A stretch of DNA of 64,000 nt. It comes from Marsupella aquatica. Taxonomy: Eukaryota; Plantae; Marchantiophyta. The DNA is taken from positions 15,902,645 through 15,966,644 of the forward strand of contig OZ316893.1 of NCBI GenBank assembly GCA_973895155.1, given 5' to 3'. Of this stretch, positions 36,877 to 50,247 are shown piece after piece (within the stretch, counting starts at the first letter, position 1; each line of letters opens with the position of its first letter). Under the pieces are notes generated by a model, which was given only the letters and a program-made list of their open reading frames with translations, was not told the origin of the DNA and did no database searches. Both the position numbers and the translations under genes were made by a program.

Positions 36877-38409
36877 TCACTCCCCAACAGTCAAAATCGG
36901 CTGTTTGACAAAGTCGTCCCTCTCCAGGTTGAGTGAAAACTTGTTTAAATACACCCACAACAGATGTTTACAAGACATGTATGGTTTCCCTCGTGTATGT
37001 CTCTTATAAAAGTCTTCACAGGAACACGAAGGGAAACAACAATATGTGTGCAGAACTTGTGAATCAGTCTCGTGAGTGGCGATCAAGTATCTCCAACCCC
37101 ATCCATTTCCAGTGCTTACCTTCTCATTTCCGATAACTCTCATGTACTCTTGTGTAGCGGAAATGATGTGCTTGAGCAACTTTGGAGTATTGCTGAAATG
37201 CTGCCGTGCACCCTTACCATTTTGGGTTTTCAACCGACGGTCCACATTAGTTAGATCGATTTGTTCCGGGAATGAGAACTTTAACATCAATTTGTAGGTT
37301 GACCCGGTTGGGGGAGGAGAACTCCCCAACTTCTTTTGCATCAACATAGGACAGTCCACTGATCTGGAATCCTAATCTCAGCAGGAAATCTATCTCGGGT
37401 TGGGAGAGGCAAGTCCCACATTGAACCTTGAGCGACTCGGATGGGGGGTAGTTGAGCTAGAGTTCTGCATCCTTGGCTCTTGTGACACTTATTGTTAGGA
37501 CAAAAGTACAACAACTGGCAGTGTGGAGATAATAATCACAACCCATGAATGGCGACTCCAACAATTCCCCCTTGCGCGGACTTACATCCAGTCTCCTTGA
37601 TGAGATTTTGACATTCATCTCTTCCAAAAACGCTTCGGTCAACCGACCCGTTGAAAACAGGTCTAGCACCTCTCCCGCTCCGCCTGAGATGCCAGGTCCC
37701 ATAAGGAACATCAACCTCTTGGATGGAAGGGATCCTTTGGGGGGCATCCCGATGGTTGTCCCCAACATCACGCAAAGGTTGAGTCCCCGTATGGTCAATG
37801 TCATCAATATTACGACTTGCATCATCACCATCGTCATCCAAAATATGGATGACTCAAGGAGAGCGACCTCTGACAGGAGTCCCCAAAGTTGTGTTCCTTG
37901 CTATTTCTAGATCCCTAGAAGTCTTTGGAACATTGATGCAACGGAATTCAGGATAAAGATTACGCCTTTTTAGACGTGAAGCAGAAGCTGTTGTTCGTGA
38001 CACTTTGTCATGTCTATGAGAGTCATTCTCGTGGATTGTAGTTGAAGCTTTCCCTTTCCTCTTTGTCGATGTTGTTCGGATATCCCCATGTAATGGTACT
38101 ACTGTTCTATAGAATTCATACTTAGCTGATGATTGAAGCAAAAGATTCGTTGCCTTTTCATAAGCATCCATTGATCCCATAGCATCGGCGTTCCTATATG
38201 CTAACTCAAAAATGGTTGGCCCTTGGCCTCTATGAACACCGGGATGAACACCTTCAATGTAGGTAGTAAATGCAGCAATTTTCCCCGAAGCACAATTCTG
38301 GTCCACCTCACATGCTTCAATCAATCCCACTAGTTTCTTCATTTGGCAGGATCTCATGGATGCATGAACTGATTCTGCTCCAGTACAATTTGGCATCAAG
38401 TCTGACTCC
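36877..38409 (-). pseudogene. MULE-3 transposase, C-terminal part (catalytic E region and SWIM)
   Basis: MPNCTGAESVHASM; CCFPSCSCEDF...CKHLLW; QPILT matches MULE-1. Confidence 0.85.
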
Positions 38410-39134
38410 CACTAGTACATTTTTGATGACTTTCCGATACTCAAAATGCGACTATTTTGCCATGTCCAAACCCGAGAGAATCGGATGTTGTCCGATACAA
38501 ATACCTTCGTAATGTCCGATGTGCACCGCATCGGATTTAGTTAGTCCGATGTGTTCCCTAACGCAACCAATATCCCATATCAGTTACATCGGAACGTTTC
38601 CAAAACTAAATGAATCGGACATTTGACCGGAAAAGTATTGTCAAGGGTCCGATCTTCAGGTTATCGGATACAATGTGCGTTAGAGACAACATCGGATATT
38701 GTCCGATGTTTATTCCAACGGACATGGTTTTCGTAATAGAATACTACGGACATAAATTGCTTAAGGTAAAGAATCGGAAACATTTTCGAAGCGGTCAATA
38801 TCGGACCCCTCTGTTGGAACATTGGACAAGGGGTCCGATGTTTCCAATATCGGATGTGAGTGTTCCGATAGTTGTGATATCGGACAATTGCTGTGATTGA
38901 GCCTTTTGTGCTCCGATGCATATCCGATGCAAGTTTCATCGGATAGACCATTGGACACTGGTTATCTTGAGGTTCTTAGTTGAGTGGGGTTGAGAGAAGT
39001 ATTAGAGATACTTTATGGAATATGTTTTATGCAAGAGTGGACATTGAGAAACAAATATAGTACCAAGAAATATATAATGTCGGGAAAATAAACACAAATA
39101 TGGTAGGGGGCTAGCTATAGTTGCTACTTACTAG

Positions 39135-42100
39135 CTAAGTGGTGGAGGGGATGTCATCATCTTCCACTACAACTACGTTGGGTCTATCCTGGACTATGGA
39201 TCGTGATCGAGTGATATATGGTATCACAATAGACCAATTTGAGTCATCCGGATAAGGTAGGTAAAAACATTGCTCAAGGTGATGTGGGAATGCAAACGGA
39301 TCTGAAGACCTCCAATTTGAGCTGATAACACTTGTCTTCAACCGAGTAAATCTGCATGCATCATCTTCACATGTACGATTGTGGCCCACAAGATTCATCT
39401 TGAACCATTTGCACTTCCTCCAAAGTAGTATGTGCATGGTACTTCATAGTTAGGATCTCCTCAATCTTTCCATAATGAGCAATAGTGGACCGAATGGGAT
39501 TCCTGTCCGATGTGCTGCTCTGTGAATCCTGGGTGAACCAACCCATGACCCCACAATCTTGTGTAGCTGCCCTCTTCTCATCGAGTCGTTCCACACAAAA
39601 GTGTCTTCCCTTGGACCACATGGCAGTCCGAGTTGTGACTATAAGTAGTGGACCATGAACAAGGGTATGAAGCTTATCAGTCACCTCTGGATAATGCAAT
39701 ACACTCTCCCCTGTACCCACCAAGGCATCCACTTCTAACAACTTTGACTTCATGTATGGGTGAAACATAGGAAATATCTGTGGTCGTCGACTATTTTGCT
39801 TCTCCTCCTCATAAAATGATGTCCACTCCCCTACAACCTCTGGTGAGTTGTACAACATAAATTTTGTGAGTTGCAAACGCTCCGCTGAGCTTAAGAGATG
39901 CTCTTTTGATGCCCCAGTGAGTCTATCATCCTCGTAGTCCGCCTCTCGTGCCGCCTCATCTATCCATCCCCTAGGAGCATTTGGATCTAGTGTGGCAACT
40001 ATGTTTGTACAATAAAACATACTCTCTGCTCCAAGATGACGCTCTACAATGCTACCTTCCACCCTAGCGCGATTAGAGACATACGATTTCATCACTCCCA
40101 TATAATGCTCTACCCAATACATCCATCGACAATGCATTGGGCCTGCAATTGCAACCTCACGCACTAAATGTATGAGAGAATGAACCTGACCATCAAAAAA
40201 TGAGGGAGGGAGTGCCTTCTCCAACTTGCACACAACCTCTACTCCAAATGTCTCCATTGCAGCAGTTTCATCCTCCTGTACCTCCTTCTGACATACCCAT
40301 CTCAAAAGCTTTCCCAATGACCAAAGGGCATCACGAAGTTCCTTACTACCCAATCCAATAATCGCAACTGGAATGACATGTTCTAGTAACCGATGATAAT
40401 CATGTGTTTTCAAGTAAGATGGCCATTTTGGAGAATCATCCCCCCCAAATGCTTTTTGGAGATTTGTGCCATAACCTGTGGGAAACCTCATTGACCCAAT
40501 ACGTCTGCGAAACTCAGTGCACTCTGCCCTACTCAAAACCCAAGGAGGATGGATGTTGGGGGGGTCACCAAGGGGGTCCAAAGATGGCCAAAAACCAAGA
40601 AGACCATGCATCCCCATCTCCTCACAACTTTCTCTCCAATTGTGGTTCTTTTCCCCATATAGATGATGAATCAATGATCTGCCCACATTCCCCTCAATGT
40701 GCATCGGATCTAACAAGTGATTAATGGGCAACTCTGACCAATATGGCAATTGTGACAATGCAGACAAATGGGTCATGCCACATCGGAGAATTTGTAATGG
40801 ATCATCTGGGTCTTGAACTCTTTCCCATACCTCTCTCCAATATGTTGGACCCTTTTGCTGAGGTTGAGGACGAGTATCGGGTTGGCCATCTTCAGTATCA
40901 TACAAGAATGATCACTCCTCCAAGGATGGTCTTCTGAAAGATATTTGGTATGGCCAATGTAAACTATCTTACGCAAAGTACTTGACTTGCGTCTTGCCAC
41001 ACCGTCCAAATCTGGTCCGCACGAAGGGCAAGCTCTATAGCCTGATGTTTGCAATCCAGAGATATATCCAAACCCTGCGCTTGATCAATACACAACCAGC
41101 CAATGAAAGTAAGTTAAATGATACAAATTATAACCAAAAAAAATTAATTAATAAGCATGGTGTAAATAGATAGCAATGGAAATAAGGGTTTAATACCCTA
41201 CCTGGCAAATCATGCATGGTCCACATAAGAATGGCCTTCATGGTAAATGTGCGGGATAAACCTCTAGTGTTGTCACGTCCGTCATAACAATCCACCCCTC
41301 TCCAAAGTTTCAAAAGCTCATCAATCAAGGGTTGCAAGTAAATGTCAATCTTTTTTACTTGCTTAGGACCAGGGATGATCATTGAGAGTAGTAGATGACC
41401 TTTCTTCATGGCCATCCATGGAGGGATATTGTAATTTGTGAGAACTACAGGCCATACTAAATATGGCTTAGCTTTACCTGCTAATGCAAAAGGACTGATA
41501 CAATCTGCTGCCAAGCCAAGTCGAGCATGTCGCGGGTCAGTTTTGAACTCACCCCATCTGCCCTCTACAAATTGATTAGCAGGAGAGTCTACCATCATCC
41601 GCATGGTACTAGAGTCTGTACCCATATCCGAACGATGTTGTGAGTGCCAGACCATATACTCAGCCAACTCCGCACAACAATATTGATGGCACAATCGAGG
41701 GATGAGAGGAAAGTACTACATAACCTTTTGAGGCACCTTCCCCGTCAACATGTCATCACGGAACCGCGGCTTCTCACACATAGGACATATAATTGCATTC
41801 TCATGCTCACCCCTGAAAAGAATGCAATCATTCACACATGCATGTATCACTTCATATTTTAGGCCAATGGACTTCAACACCTGTTTAGCCTCCTTCCAAG
41901 AGCTTGGCATGTTGTTGCTTGGTGGTAAAATACGATCATGTAGGGTACGAAAAACATCATCCAAAAGTAGGTTGCTTGCCCCATGTCTTTGTTGCACATT
42001 CAACAACAACATTATTGGTGAGAGCCAAGATAGCCTACTCCCCTCAAATATGCGAGTACGAGCATGACATTGAGCCTCTTCCCATTCCTTCTGCTGCCCC

Positions 42101-42340
42101 CCCTAGAGAATGCGGATGAGTGTTGTTGTCATCCTGGCTACCCATGTCCTCCATACCAATGTCCGCATCATCGTCATAGAACTGATCCATGAGCTCATCC
42201 ATGGCCCTCTCCTCATCAACATGATCTTCGGTTGGATTGCCCCCCTCATGTTGTACCTCAGTCTCCTCCCCACGATTGGCCACCATGGCCTCAACAAGGT
42301 GTTGCCGCATAGCTCGTGATATTACCCCAATATCAGGCAC
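39135..42340 (-). pseudogene. CACTA TnpD/Tnp2-like transposase (spliced, frameshifted)
   Basis: IHACVNDCILF..CPMC; RLGLAAD.ISPF; WPVVLTNYNIPPW; YLQPLIDEL; WTMHDLPG; LDPMHIEGNV; LKTHDYH; HCRWMYWVE; VEGSI. Confidence 0.92.
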
Positions 42341-42483
42341 TACATATTGGTTCTATCATACAACATGCATCCATGTAATGTCATCAACATCAATCTTGCC
42401 AACAATCTCATTAATCCAACATTAGAAATGGAAAATAAATTTCAGATATATATATATATATATGTATATGTAAGCCCAAGAAA

Positions 42484-43748
42484 CTAAGTTGGACGAGAAC
42501 TTAGAGACAATTTTGGTGCATCCCAGTCATAATCACACAATAACTCCTCTCCCGCTCTAATGGTCCTAATGGCCACTGTCATGATGTGGTCATCCATATG
42601 TTTCACAAAATATGGGTCTCTAGGTGGACCAAACATTTGGATCCACTCTACATTAGCCTCCAAATCTCTACCTCTACCTGTGGTACTATTGATGTATCCT
42701 GCTAAATTTCCATTCCTAACAGGGTCACCGTCAATCATCCGACAATGCCACGGCCTAGTGAACACCTCGTCTGGGTCTGAGTCCATCCTCAATGCATACA
42801 CCCCCCAACTTGGGTGTTGACGCAACAAAATGTTCCAACTCTTTGCGTTATATACAGCCCCAATATAAGGGAAAAGGTGCTCTCCATCGTAGCCACGTCT
42901 CCATGGCTTTGGAGGGACAACAATGTCATCCAAAGCATATAGACCATATCCTATATCAGCACCAATAGAGGACTCCTTCACTGTCCAAGGACGGCCCCAT
43001 ATCTCCATAGGTTCATCAATAGGAATGTAATCTGGAAATTTGAAGACACTGGGAGAAAAGTCTTTCCAAATGTCTGCAGCCCTGCCAGTGAGATAGGATA
43101 CTCCAAATCGGCCCTCAACGCCAATGTAATCTACATTTGTTGGAGGACGATCACTACCTAACACCCCCTCCCGGATGTCTATGTGGTCCACAGGCTCGTA
43201 CTGCCGCCTACATCTATGAGACCGTGCTCGTGTACGTAGGACTCTTGAAGTCCCAACCTCTGGCCGAGATACTGGTTCTCCCTCTACATGCTCATGTATG
43301 GGGATAGGAGCTGGGGGGCTAAGAGGAGGATGGGCAGGGGGGCTGCAAGCAAGTCTCTAGCCCTTGCTAGGAATCCTTCTAGCCACACAGCCTCATCAAC
43401 CAAAGGAGGTGGGGGTCTACGGGGCACCTATTTCAGCACACAATAAATTAGTGTTATTTAAATGCAAGCCCAATTGGAGTTTCATGAATGGAATTAAAGG
43501 GGAGACATATATATTACCTGGCTAGGCAAGTACCCTGGTGTATCACCCTCATGACGGCCATAGTTCTCAATGTGCTCACAAGTCTCCCAGGCATGTCGGA
43601 CCACAAGTCCCTTGCATCTCACACACCAGCAAGGTATGGGCCCTAGTGGAGCACAAGGACGCTCAAGAGGAGGGGGTGGAGGAACCTCCCCCTCTGACGA
43701 GCTCATGTCTGAGTCTGAATCCGACGTGGAACTATCGGATGTAGACAT
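42484..43748 (-). CDS. SET-domain protein carried by the CACTA, with an upstream CxC-xx-C..H exon (intron ~43428-43517; possible frameshift in the Pro-rich linker)
   Basis: WTVKESSIGADIGYGLYA (GxG motif), GNLAGYINS, ANVE, VAIRTIRAGEELLCDY; intact 235-codon ORF 42484-43191. Confidence 0.8.
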
Positions 43749-45097
43749 CTACATATCATACACATCCAACATGTAAGGCGGATTCAACAACTTATCATGT
43801 TTAAAACCACAATTAAAGAGATATATAAACATCAATTGCCCTACCTCAATGATACCCGCGCTTTGCCATGCCTACTGGGCTGTATTCTCTACACACAAGG
43901 TGTGGGATATCCAAAATCTCTGCAGGGTGGAGATGAATATGGTTACACAAATGCTGCATAAATGCAAAAAAGTACTTGACTAACTTTTGGCACATGATAT
44001 ATCAAACTTGCCAAAGCAGACCTCAATGTTCCAATCCAAAATGGATGGATGGGCCGGGGAATTACATCATACCTCATGGATGCGCGGTCTCACACTGTGC
44101 ATAGTGCATTGTCCAAGAACAAAACCCTACCTAGCTACCCCCCTCAACCCAAAAAAAACAAACCTAGCTACCCCTCGATCAAAGCCTAGGTACTGCACAT
44201 AAAATCCAATCACAACCATTAGTGTAACAAAGGCTTAACATTATCCTCAAAAAATGTCTAACAATATCCTATGTATTAAAACCCTGTACCAATAAATCCC
44301 AAAACCCCTCAAAGCCCTAAAGTCCTTCAAAGAGAATCGGGATCAATTATAGTAAAAGAGTAAATCTAGGTATCACTTACTAGCCAAAACACCTTGACTT
44401 ATCCTTGCATCCATCACTCAATGTTGAGCAAGTTAAGGCCCTATAATTACATTACTATACAACTTAGCTTTATAAATTTAGGGTGCAATAAATTAAGCAT
44501 GCAATCACAACCATATTTTAGTTATCTTAGGAAATACAAAGTCATGAACTAACCCCAAAATTGTAGTTGCGAAGAAGGAACTTGCAAGAGGCCGGGTAAC
44601 ATATACACAATATGCCATCCCGTTCACGGTGTTACCTAAAAAAAACCTGATATATTCAAAACAACCACAAAAAAGTGACTACAACCCTCCCTTCTATTAC
44701 CCCACCCAATTACTTAATTCCATGCTCCACATACAAACCCAAACACCCAAACTAAACCCAAAGTAAATAGATTTAACCTCCTATGGGACCAAAACATGGA
44801 ATCCGTTATAGCTGAACGAGGGGTCCGATACTAAAACAAACGGAAGCAGCATCGTAAAAGCAGGAGAAAGAAAAGCAAGGAGGGGTCCGAAGCAAAACGC
44901 ATCGGAAGGTCCGATTGTAGGTCCGATTCTTTCGGCTTCGGACATTGCGTTGCATAAAGTATCGGAAACAACAGACCTGTTTTCAAAAAATAAGTCCCGA
45001 TGCGGATGCGAAGATCCGGGCATCGCGCCAAGCTTTGCATTCCGTGTTTTGCAAGGCCGGGAGGCTCAGGTAGACGTCGGTGGGCAAGGAGAGAGAC

Positions 45098-47514
45098 ATG
45101 GTGGGAGGAGGATCAGGTGGTGGGGACGGGGCTGGACCCTCTCGGCCCTATGATGAGATTATGAGGGAGATTTTTATGAGTAGGGCAAGGCTAAGTGCTG
45201 AGGATGCAGAGAGAGTTGTGCCACTTCTTCAGCCCTTGATTGATGGATCTAGGATCGAGGCAGAGAAAGCTACGGTTGCAACCATTACTGCAGAGAAAGC
45301 TGCAAAGAAGAAGCGAAAGGAGGCAAAGAGAGGCAGGGAAGATGGTGAGGAATCCCTCTCTCCCCGAAAAAAAGAGAGGAAGCTTTGCAAGGCAGCTAAG
45401 GAGGCTGAGAAGAAGAGAGTGGAGGAGTTAAAGCGAAAGGAAGCTGAGAGAGCTCTAAGGCCTGAGCTAGCCCTAAACTCAGGTGGCTCCCCAATGCCGA
45501 GAGGATACAATCTCTTCCGCAACCAGTTCAAGCAGGTGGTGAAGGCCAATTTGGGCCATTAGATTACTGGGGAAGGAAGACTGAGGAGGAGAAAGGTCGA
45601 ATTCGAGAGCAAGTGAAGGAGCGATTCAGGAATGGGGCCTCCCTTGATGACAGGTTCTTGAATAAGAGGATATCAGCTTCACTTTCAGACATGCGAAATC
45701 ATCAGAGAGAAGTTCAGGAAGTACCTTGCTGATTTGCCAATTGATTCAGAGGTGGTCAGGGAGCAAGGCTGTCCAGATGTGCTCTCCCCAGATGAGTGGG
45801 CAGCTTGGCTTGAGGAGGAATTAGCAATCCAAGCCTCGCAAAAAAAGAGACAATGGGACCACGAAATCAGCTTGGCAGAGGAGAAGCGGAAGGTTGGGGA
45901 GGAAATTGACATCCTCCCCCTCCAACAAAACCTACGGCAGTGGGGAGCTCAAGCAGTACGATTAAAAGAGCCTCCCAAGGACATCATCAAAGCATTGGAG
46001 GGAGTCCAAGGGCGGCCCATCGTCACTCACCGCATGGGGCAAGGAGGCTCCAATCGACTGAAAGCAGAGTTTGTAAGTGCCTTCTCCCTCCTCCCTAGCT
46101 CCTCCCCCCCGACCACCTGACCTTCTCTTGCAAAGAATGACTCAATTTCTGCTGCCGAATGCCTTTATGTCGTTTCAGCCCGATGTTTTTTGCTCTCGGG
46201 ACTGTTCTGTCCGATACTCATCCGAAGCTTTTAGCATCGAACCTAGTATCGGACCTATTGTTATGCCATTTAGGGTTACCGGGATCCGATACTGTTCCGT
46301 TGCTTTAAGTATCGGAAACAACATCGGACCCCTCGTAAGAACAACGGATTTTTTTAAATGTTGCTCTTTCACTCAATTAGGGGTATGGGTTTGCATTCTT
46401 CAGTACCCTAAGAAGGCATGGGACCCCTTACAAGAATTGGGAAAAGTTGGGCCGATGCAAAGACTAGTTTTCATGCTAATGGGTTTCTCGTTTGGTATTG
46501 TGATGTGTCAGGAGCGGGACTGGGGTCGACCTATTGGGCCATCAGAGAGGGAGTTAGCAAGGAGGGATGGACCCCAAGCTCTTAAGCTCCACCTTGAGGA
46601 GGAGCTGGGAGAGGTAATTGGTGTTGAATTGGCCCTGTATAGGTTCAAATTGTTTTTGGTTGTGGTCAATATTAGAGAGCTTTCAAGGAACTATGTTTTC
46701 AAATGCAATTTAACCCTACTTATGTATTGTGCAGGATGAGGAGACAGGGTCTGATGAGGGAGAGGAGGGTGAGGGTGAGGAGGGTGAGGGAGAGGAGGGT
46801 GAGGGAGAGGAGGGTGAGGGTGAGGAGGAGGGTGATGGTGAAGAAGGAGAGGATGGCGAGGGAGAGGAGGGAGATGATTCTGAGGTGTCTGTGCCCTTAG
46901 AGGGTGCGGCAGAGTGATCGGGGAGGGTGCCCCGAGTTACCCCTACCCCTACAGTCCCTCATGTTGCCCCCACATTAGCACAGAGGGGTAGGTCACATGG
47001 TGTTCATGGTGTGGCCTCCCATCAGTCGGGAGTGTCACGGAGTGCGAGGCCCGGCCCCTCAGGGGGTAGTAGAGGTGGCGCGGGACCAGGCCATCGCTCT
47101 GGAGTACTATCCGGTACACCTGGCTCTTCTCGACGAGTGGGTCGTGACATGGAGGATGGTGGCTCTAGGGGGCGAGCACCATCACGTGAGTCTGGTGGGA
47201 GTACCGCACGGCATGGGCCACAGACAGCATCTGCAGGGGATGCATCCCATCACTCTCACAAGTCTACCGGAGGGGGAGATGGCTCCTTCCACTCTACCGT
47301 GTCAGTGGGTTTAGAGACATCTGTTGCACCTCAGCATCCTAGCGGTGCATCTAGTGGGTCAGGGTCCCGGCCAACATCAGGCCAACCCACTGGTGAGCAG
47401 GTGGTTGCCACGGTTGTGGGCAGCCAAAGAGAGGAGGGGTCTTGTGTTCCTGGATCTGTACCACCCCCTCGTTCTCGCCCGCAGAAGAAGAAGGGATGCA
47501 ACACACCTTTTTAG
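45098..47514 (+). pseudogene. CACTA second gene (TnpA-like/unknown; Lys/Glu-rich helices, GE acidic tract, Gly/Ser tail), spliced
   Basis: ORFs 45080-45562, 45734-46120, 46729-46917, 46927-47514 with GT-AG gaps; THRMGQGG resembles the CACTA TnpA-type H..G.GG motif. Confidence 0.5.
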
Positions 47515-48397
47515 AGCTTAGTGGCATGAGCTAGATATGTAGTGCATGGTAGCTTTTATACTAGCATATATATGTACCATCTAGTATAGTAAGCTACCTA
47601 GGCTACTACATATTGTACATACCAGGGGGTTTCCCTTTTTGAATATGATATTTTGAGCTTGTACATATAACATTCTTTTGCATCAATCATAATTTAACCC
47701 AATTTGGCCCATTTCACCATGAAATTAACCCTAAACCCTCAAATACCAACCCCATGAGGCCCACTCTTCTATCAAGAAAGAATCACCCTTGTCCGTTACT
47801 AGTCCAATGCAATATACATCAGAAAAACACCTAATTATCCCATGCTTTCAGTGTCGGGACATCCGATACTCTGCTCTTCAAAAAGTCCTATACTAAATGC
47901 ATCGGACCCCTCGTCCAGCAAGCATGACAAAAATCCAATGTCCGATACTGACCACTTCGGACCATCCAATATAAAAACAATCAGATTGTCTGATACATGC
48001 AACATTGGACCTTCCGATCTGTAATCCAACGGATGTTATGATACTAAACGCATCGAAAACTCTGATGCTATAAATTACGCACATTGTGAAACTCTAGGTA
48101 ATGGAAATTCCAATATGATATGTATCGGACGCCAAGTTTTGCGATTAAGGTCACCCAAGTGGATATCCGACTCTCTTTGCATCGGATACAAAATAGTCCG
48201 AAATGGTTTGCTTCGGAAATACCGATGCAGAGAGAAACGGAAAGTCCGAAGGTTGTCCGATGGTCGGTGTCCGATATGTGGAGAATGGGAACATACGAAG
48301 CGGGTTACATCGGAAGTACCAAATTTAGTGTGCAACTTTTGTGAAGGGATCCGATGGAGATGGCATCGGATAAAGGCCCAAAAATGTACTAGTGTCC

Positions 48398-50247
48398 ATT
48401 GCGATTTGCGTCTGCAAAAAAAAATCCCCCGTCAAAAATAGACATGATATGCTAACGAGATTGCTAGCAAAAATGAGGACATCAGAGAGAAAGAAAATAG
48501 GTCACTTACTACGCAGATGAAGTTCCCACACTACCTCCATCTCACTACCTACCAAGAAATCCATCCTTGGAGAGACTTCAATTTCCTAGCATAGCAGTTT
48601 CCTTCCTTCCACCAACGATGGATTTCATCGGCAACTCAATACGCCTAGACATATGTTGGTGCTGTTCTTAGCCTTTCCCACATTTTATAGTGCTCCCGAT
48701 GCTGATCTTCCCGAATACCCTCCAATGTGTGCCTACGAAGAGATTGAGCAAAGTGAAAGGCGTCATGAATTGTGCTCCTTCTTAGGGTGACGGACTCCTA
48801 AAAAAAACATTCTGAACTGCAATCCATCCAGCCTCGGCATTATCAGCAATAAATCCTCCAATGACTGGGTCGCGCACATCATGATCAAAGGCTGCAACTT
48901 CAATCATATGTCTCCATGCTGTTTCGAGAGACAAGGAGTCCTCTGCACGGAGCTCACAAGTGAAGATGGTACAAAGGGACCTGTAATTATGGTCGTACAC
49001 ATGGGCACTGAATGTCAGCCACCCAATGCTAATTCGCCACATCACATCAAAACTGACCCATGCAGCTTCCAGGACACCTCCACTCCTCATCTGCCTGAGA
49101 ATATCAACACCCAAACTTGGGCCATTTGTACTCATTTTGAAGACATGAGCCCAATTGTACTCATTTGTACTCATTTTGAAGACATATGCTTTGCAGCATT
49201 TGACTCAAGAGACGGCTTAGGATAGACGTACAAAAGTTTAGTCGGACATTCTTGGATGCATAGAGGCCGCTCATCACAGAATCCGCACACCAACCCTCCT
49301 TCCTCCACAAACTCACCAAGATGGAACGGCTCAGTAAATTGTCCATTTCCTTGGAAAGAATAGTCATTTTTGGAACCGGTGTGCTTCAACTTTCTACATA
49401 CCAGATTTTGATATTCAAGGACACCCGCACATCTTACTTTTGACACAGACCAGTGGTTGCAGGGTTTGAGATTAGCTGAAGTTGTGACAAGTCCCCGGAA
49501 AAGTCTCGTCCAAGGGTAGCCATCATTATCCCTGTCCATGTCCTGAAGACCATATCCTCGACAAAATTGACCTTCGACTAGAGGAAGCTCAAAAACACAG
49601 TTCCCATTGTATGAAGTGGGCAAAGTCTGCACTTGAATCTCCTTCCAATCGTTTCCCCTTTGGAAATTTGCCAACTTGCTTGACCCAGTAATATTGAGGA
49701 AGGCATCGTATGCACTTACTCTATATAGAACTGGCTGAGATTGAAACTTGTTATGACTCACAGCTTCAAAAAGGGCTTTCTCAGAAGACTTCGTAGATAT
49801 AGAAGAGAGATCCCGACCCACACTCTCAGGGGAGATGTCGATAATTTTGGGTACAGCTAACGATGGTGGAGTCAGCAAGTCTGGATCTAAAACACTGATA
49901 TGTGCAATGTCATCCTTACATGAGACCATCTCTACAATTGAACCACACTTCAGGTCCCAAACTCTCTATGGCAATATTCCTAAACCATTATCCGGCACCT
50001 CGTGATTTTTGGACCCTTTCCTAGAATAAAGAAGGAACAACTTCTAGATAAAATCATCTTCCAAAAGCCCAAACCTCGATAACAGGAAAGACTCCTTGAC
50101 AGAGATAACATTATTCTCCAGATTATCTAGAACAACAACATCACCCGTCTTCTTTCTCTCGATCAAACCTTTGATCGCAGAGAAGACATGCTGACAATTT
50201 TGGACATTACAATCTACAACAATCCTCAATTGTGAGATACGTTGCAC
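48398..50247 (-). pseudogene. MULE-3 transposase, N-terminal/central part
   Basis: TGDVVV..SRFGL N-terminus, KVRCAGVLE..CGFC..C (GCM-like), WVSFDVM, AHVYDH, FIADNA, AFHFAQS; intron ~48412-48509. Confidence 0.85.

Larger units (their letters stand above)
38410..48394. mobile_element. CACTA (En/Spm) DNA transposon, 9985 bp
   Basis: TIR CACTAGTACATTTTTG at both ends; 3-bp TSD TCC (38407-38409, 48395-48397); TCCGA/TCGGA-rich subterminal repeats; removal restores the MULE-3 transposase frame (AMESDLMPNC). Confidence 0.95.

Noticed and set aside
42446-42470. (AT)n microsatellite
   Set aside because: Ordinary simple repeat between the SET and TnpD regions
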